NCBI GenBank assembly: GCA_963793865.1
Contig: CAWCBP010000011.1
Coordinates: forward strand, 64,001-128,000
Length of the DNA: 64,000 bases
Direction: 5' to 3'
From: an uncultured delta proteobacterium
Lineage (GTDB): Bacteria > Desulfobacterota > WTBG01
The position numbers and the translations under genes are program-made. The notes beneath the pieces are model-generated. The model worked only from the letters and a program-made list of their open reading frames with translations. It ran no database searches and was not told where the DNA came from. Numbering within the stretch: position 1 is the stretch's first letter; every line of letters begins with the position of its first letter. Below, one piece after another: positions 60,703-64,000 of this stretch.

Positions 60703-60718
60703 TGGCACGCATCTTGAA
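60703..60718 (+). promoter_or_regulatory. Sigma-54 (-24/-12) promoter
   Basis: TGGCACGCATCTTGAA versus consensus TGGCACG-N4-TTGCW; AT-rich upstream region; divergent activator. Confidence 0.7.
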
Positions 60719-60769
60719 TAATACTTGGAGACAGGGCAACTCATTTTATTGTGAAAAGAGGAGAAAGAT

Positions 60770-62371
60770 ATGAGCGTAGATAAGTCAAAGAATGGATTGG
60801 ATCAGGAAACTGCTACGACAAATAAGGCAAAAAAGAGGTATCTTGCTGTCGTCAAATCAAACTTCCGCAAGCTCAACTACTGCGTCAATAATGAGTGGAA
60901 GGAATCAAAAACCACAAAATACATGCCGGTCACCGACTCGAGCACCGGCGAAGCCATTGCCGAGGCCCCCTGCTGTACAAAGGAAGAGGTGCTGGAAGCA
61001 GTCAAGGCGGCCAAGGATGCATATCCGGGATGGAGAAGCACGCCGGTTCAGCAGCGCATTGAGGTGATGTTCAAATTGAAGGCGCTGATGGACGAGCACC
61101 TTGACGCACTTACCCTGAGTGTTTCGAAAGAGCTGGGCAAAAACCTTGATGAGGCCCGCGGCGACGTTATCAAGGCCATCGAGGTGATGGAATGCGCCTG
61201 CGCGACACCCTACCTCATGCAGGGTGATTCACTGATGAACGTTTCAAGAGGCCATGATACGGTGCTTTTCCGTGAACCTCTGGGTGTTTTTGCCGGCATC
61301 GTTCCCTTCAACTTCCCGGCGATGATTCCCTGGGGCTGGATGATACCTTTCTGCATCAGCTGCGGCAACACCTTCGTTCTGAAATCCGCCAGCCTGACAC
61401 CGATTACCTCAATGAGAATTCTCGAACTTGCCATTGAAGCCGGGCTTCCCAAGGGGGTGGTAAACCTGGTTACCTGCAGCAGAAATGAGGCAGACCTTCT
61501 GCTTGAGCACCCGGATGTCCGGGGCATTTCCTTCGTCGGCTCCACCTCGGTCGGCAAACACATTTACTCGACCGCGGCCTTAAATGGCAAAAGAGTGCAG
61601 TGCCTGACAGAGGCCAAGAATCACGCCCTGGTTTTGCGGGACGCGGAGCTTGATGTCGCAGCCCAGAGAATCACCAACTCCACCTTCGGGTGCGCCGGGA
61701 TGCGATGCATGGCGCTGCCGGTTCTGGTGGTTGAAGAATGTGTGGCCGATGAATTTGTATCCTACTTGAAGCGCTACGCAGAAACACTGAAAATCGGGTG
61801 TGCATACGACCCCGCGACGCAGCTGGGACCGGTGGTTTCCGCTGAGCACAAGAAATTTGTTTTAGACTGGATCAACACGGCTGTGAAGGAGGGCGCAAAG
61901 CTGCTTCTTGACGGCAGGAATAAAGTTGTTCCGGGATACGAAAAGGGCTTTTTCATAGGACCCACCATTTTTGATCATGTCACCGAAGAGATGACCTGCG
62001 GACAGCAGGAGGTGTTCGGCCCGGTTACGTTTGTTAAACGGGTGCAAGATTTTGAGGAAGGCATTACCCTGATGAACAGGAACCAGTTTGCAAACGGCTC
62101 GGCCATCTTTACCGAGAGCGGACACTATGCGCGCGAGTTTACCTTCAGGACTGACGGCGGCATGGTGGGAGTGAATGTGGGCATACCGGTTCCGGTTTCC
62201 TACTTCCCCTTCTGCGGGCACAAGAATTCATTTTTCGGTGATCTGCACTGCATGGGAAGGGACGGTGTGCAGTTCTACACCGAGTCCAAAACGATCACCT
62301 ACCGCTGGCTGAAAGGTACAGTCAAGGCGAAGAAGGTGAGCACCTGGGAAGGAACCATCGCCCGCGAATAA
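60770..62371 (+). CDS. mmsA: CoA-acylating (methyl)malonate-semialdehyde dehydrogenase family
   Basis: PFNFPAMIP, SFVGST, AKNH, GCAGMRCMA, EVFGPV, GMVGVNVGIPVP, SFFGDLH. Confidence 0.88.
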   Translation: MSVDKSKNGLDQETATTNKAKKRYLAVVKSNFRKLNYCVNNEWKESKTTKYMPVTDSSTGEAIAEAPCCTKEEVLEAVKAAKDAYPGWRSTPVQQRIEVMFKLKALMDEHLDALTLSVSKELGKNLDEARGDVIKAIEVMECACATPYLMQGDSLMNVSRGHDTVLFREPLGVFAGIVPFNFPAMIPWGWMIPFCISCGNTFVLKSASLTPITSMRILELAIEAGLPKGVVNLVTCSRNEADLLLEHPDVRGISFVGSTSVGKHIYSTAALNGKRVQCLTEAKNHALVLRDAELDVAAQRITNSTFGCAGMRCMALPVLVVEECVADEFVSYLKRYAETLKIGCAYDPATQLGPVVSAEHKKFVLDWINTAVKEGAKLLLDGRNKVVPGYEKGFFIGPTIFDHVTEEMTCGQQEVFGPVTFVKRVQDFEEGITLMNRNQFANGSAIFTESGHYAREFTFRTDGGMVGVNVGIPVPVSYFPFCGHKNSFFGDLHCMGRDGVQFYTESKTITYRWLKGTVKAKKVSTWEGTIARE

Positions 62372-62426
62372 CCTGTTGGTTTCGTCCCTCGCATAAAAGA
62401 GGGATGAAAGAAATTCAGAAGGTAGT

Positions 62427-62462
62427 AAAAGAGCCATTTCCTTGTGGGGAAATGGCTCTTTT
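62427..62462. terminator. Bidirectional intrinsic terminator
   Basis: AAAAGAGCCATTTCC-TTGTGG-GGAAATGGCTCTTTT; second hairpin at 62380-62410. Confidence 0.8.
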
Positions 62463-62495
62463 GTCATGAGCAGTGATAACCATGTTTGCGAAAGC

Positions 62496-64000
62496 TTATT
62501 CCGAGAGAGGGAAGGACACGCCGGGTGAGAGAAAACCGGTGGGGTCAATCACCTGCTTGATTACCTTTGCCATGGCAAAGTGGGCCGGGCATTCGGTCCA
62601 GGTCCTCTTGTCCCGGCCGACGCCGAGTGGCGCCATGCCGATCTCCTGCATCAGGCCGTCAAACTTGGCTTTAATGGCCCCGATGTAGGGGAGAAAATCC
62701 CTGCGTGCGTAATCCACCAGAAAGATGACCTCGCCCGCCGCGTTGGCATGGCCTCCCATGGACAGGTAGGTCTGGCCGCAGCTGGCGTAAAGTCGGAGTA
62801 TGGGATGGGGGTGGTTGAGAAACACCGGGTTTTCCCTGCAGATCTGCTGATAGGTTTTCATTCCCCGGTCCATGTAATCTTCAAGTTTTTCCAGAGAGTC
62901 GAACACACCACCCGAAACGAAAATGCCGCCGGAGTCGGACTGCCCGTTAAAGGTGCCGCAAATCTTCGGACTGTTGCACTGCTGCCAGCCTGCGGCGTTT
63001 TCCTCGTGCCCGTCAAGAATGGCCACCATCCACGGGGGCATCACCGTGCCTCCTCCTTCCTCGAGAATGCGGATGCATGCTTTCTGCTCAAACGCGACCT
63101 TGGCCGGAGTGCCCCTGAAAGACATGCCGATGAGATTAATGTCCTGGGTGGCCTTGACAAAATGGGCGCCTTCCTGCCAGTGCTTGCTTGAATACAGCGC
63201 ATGTGTCCAGCATCCCGGCCCCATGACCGTGGCACCGCAGGCATAATCCTGCATCATCACGTTATACATGGCCTTCACCGCGCCGCTCAGGGTGGGAAAG
63301 GTAACCCAGAGGGACCTGACTTCCTGAGGGGTGGGGAAAAAGCGGAATTCCATTTGGCTCACGATGCCGTATCCGCCATTGGAGAAAAAGGGCAGATAGG
63401 TGAGCGCCGGTCCCGGGCCGTGGGGCCAGCCCGGGCTTTTGGGGTGGGCCATGGAACCGGTTCGTATTATTTCACCGTTTGCCAGTACCAGTTCCATGCC
63501 GGCAACGCAGTTAATGCCCATGCCGTCCTGATAACCCGCCATCTTGTTCTGGCCGGTAAACACCTGGTAGGGTACAAACAGGGATGTTCCCGGACTGCCG
63601 CCAAAGTAGGGCCTGTATCCAAGATCCATTTCCCGTATCAGCTGGCTTACCTGCAGGCCGGTAGCACCCGGTTCCGCCCTGACCACCATCCGTTCCCTGT
63701 CAACTGCAACCTTCTGCATGCGGCGGAAATCGAGGACAATGCCGGCATTGGGCTTGCCGGGTATGGATCCCACCAGCAGAACCGTACCGCCTCCCACCGG
63801 GTAAATGGGCAGATCATGCTTGCGGGCAACGTTGATGATGCCCTGCAGGTGCTTGGCCGACCCGGGATAGACGACAGCCACGGGGAGGTTTTCAGGATAG
63901 AGATTGCCCTGACCAAAATGGGTCATCACATCGGAGGCATGGTAATACCTGCTCAGGGCATCCGTGCGCACCCACTCTGAACCAACAACCTTTTTCAGTT
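62496..64000 (-). CDS. FAD-linked oxidoreductase (VAO/PCMH family), 5' partial
   Basis: VVYPGS, YPVGGG, LDFRRM, ELVLANGEIIRTG, IDPTGFLSPG; frame open to the window edge. Confidence 0.85.
   Translation of the reverse strand, partial: LKKVVGSEWVRTDALSRYYHASDVMTHFGQGNLYPENLPVAVVYPGSAKHLQGIINVARKHDLPIYPVGGGTVLLVGSIPGKPNAGIVLDFRRMQKVAVDRERMVVRAEPGATGLQVSQLIREMDLGYRPYFGGSPGTSLFVPYQVFTGQNKMAGYQDGMGINCVAGMELVLANGEIIRTGSMAHPKSPGWPHGPGPALTYLPFFSNGGYGIVSQMEFRFFPTPQEVRSLWVTFPTLSGAVKAMYNVMMQDYACGATVMGPGCWTHALYSSKHWQEGAHFVKATQDINLIGMSFRGTPAKVAFEQKACIRILEEGGGTVMPPWMVAILDGHEENAAGWQQCNSPKICGTFNGQSDSGGIFVSGGVFDSLEKLEDYMDRGMKTYQQICRENPVFLNHPHPILRLYASCGQTYLSMGGHANAAGEVIFLVDYARRDFLPYIGAIKAKFDGLMQEIGMAPLGVGRDKRTWTECPAHFAMAKVIKQVIDPTGFLSPGVSFPLSE

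Overview
64 kb of bacterial chromosome. Gene content (ETF plus membrane Fe-S oxidoreductase, multiheme cytochromes, NrfC/NrfD, sigma-54 activator, DHH-CBS tRNA nucleotidyltransferase) suggests an anaerobic deltaproteobacterium (Desulfobacterota/Syntrophales-like); this is an inference. (1) 1-9850: an AT-richer tandem array of seven co-oriented, mostly signal-peptide-bearing, Cys-rich proteins. All carry a Ca-binding dockerin-like module (C-x-G-[DN]-F-x-[CNY]-D-x-D-V-D-G-x-D-x3-F-K-x-[DNY]-[FY]-G). It is fused to interchangeable domains: cohesin-like beta-sandwich, 7-blade propeller, DUF1566/Lcl and TSP3-like repeats. This is the best candidate for an undescribed system, a non-cellulosomal cohesin-dockerin-like surface assembly. 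(2) 10-28 kb: housekeeping and accessory genes (mlaE, alr, gltX, nucleotidyltransferase pair, msrA, apgM-like, RRM protein, FAD/Fe-S oxidoreductase pair, LOG, LysR). (3) 28-36 kb: FadR-like TetR with a FadR-box operator, then etfB-etfA, an EMO/FadF-type oxidoreductase, hepta- and tetraheme cytochromes, NrfC and NrfD. (4) 36-57 kb: LVIVD protein, tRNA nucleotidyltransferase, trpS, scpAB, rluB, lpxH-like, O-methyltransferase, a bilin-reductase-like protein, mutY, nfi, OmpA, FecR/DUF6600, YedF-like. (5) 57-64 kb: a sigma-54-controlled catabolic cluster. Intergenic DNA holds several REP/MITE families and heptamer repeats. Many genes carry single-base indels, most simply explained as long-read or assembly errors. 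No rRNA, tRNA, CRISPR array or intact transposase was recognised. All family calls come from motif recognition by eye, not database searches.
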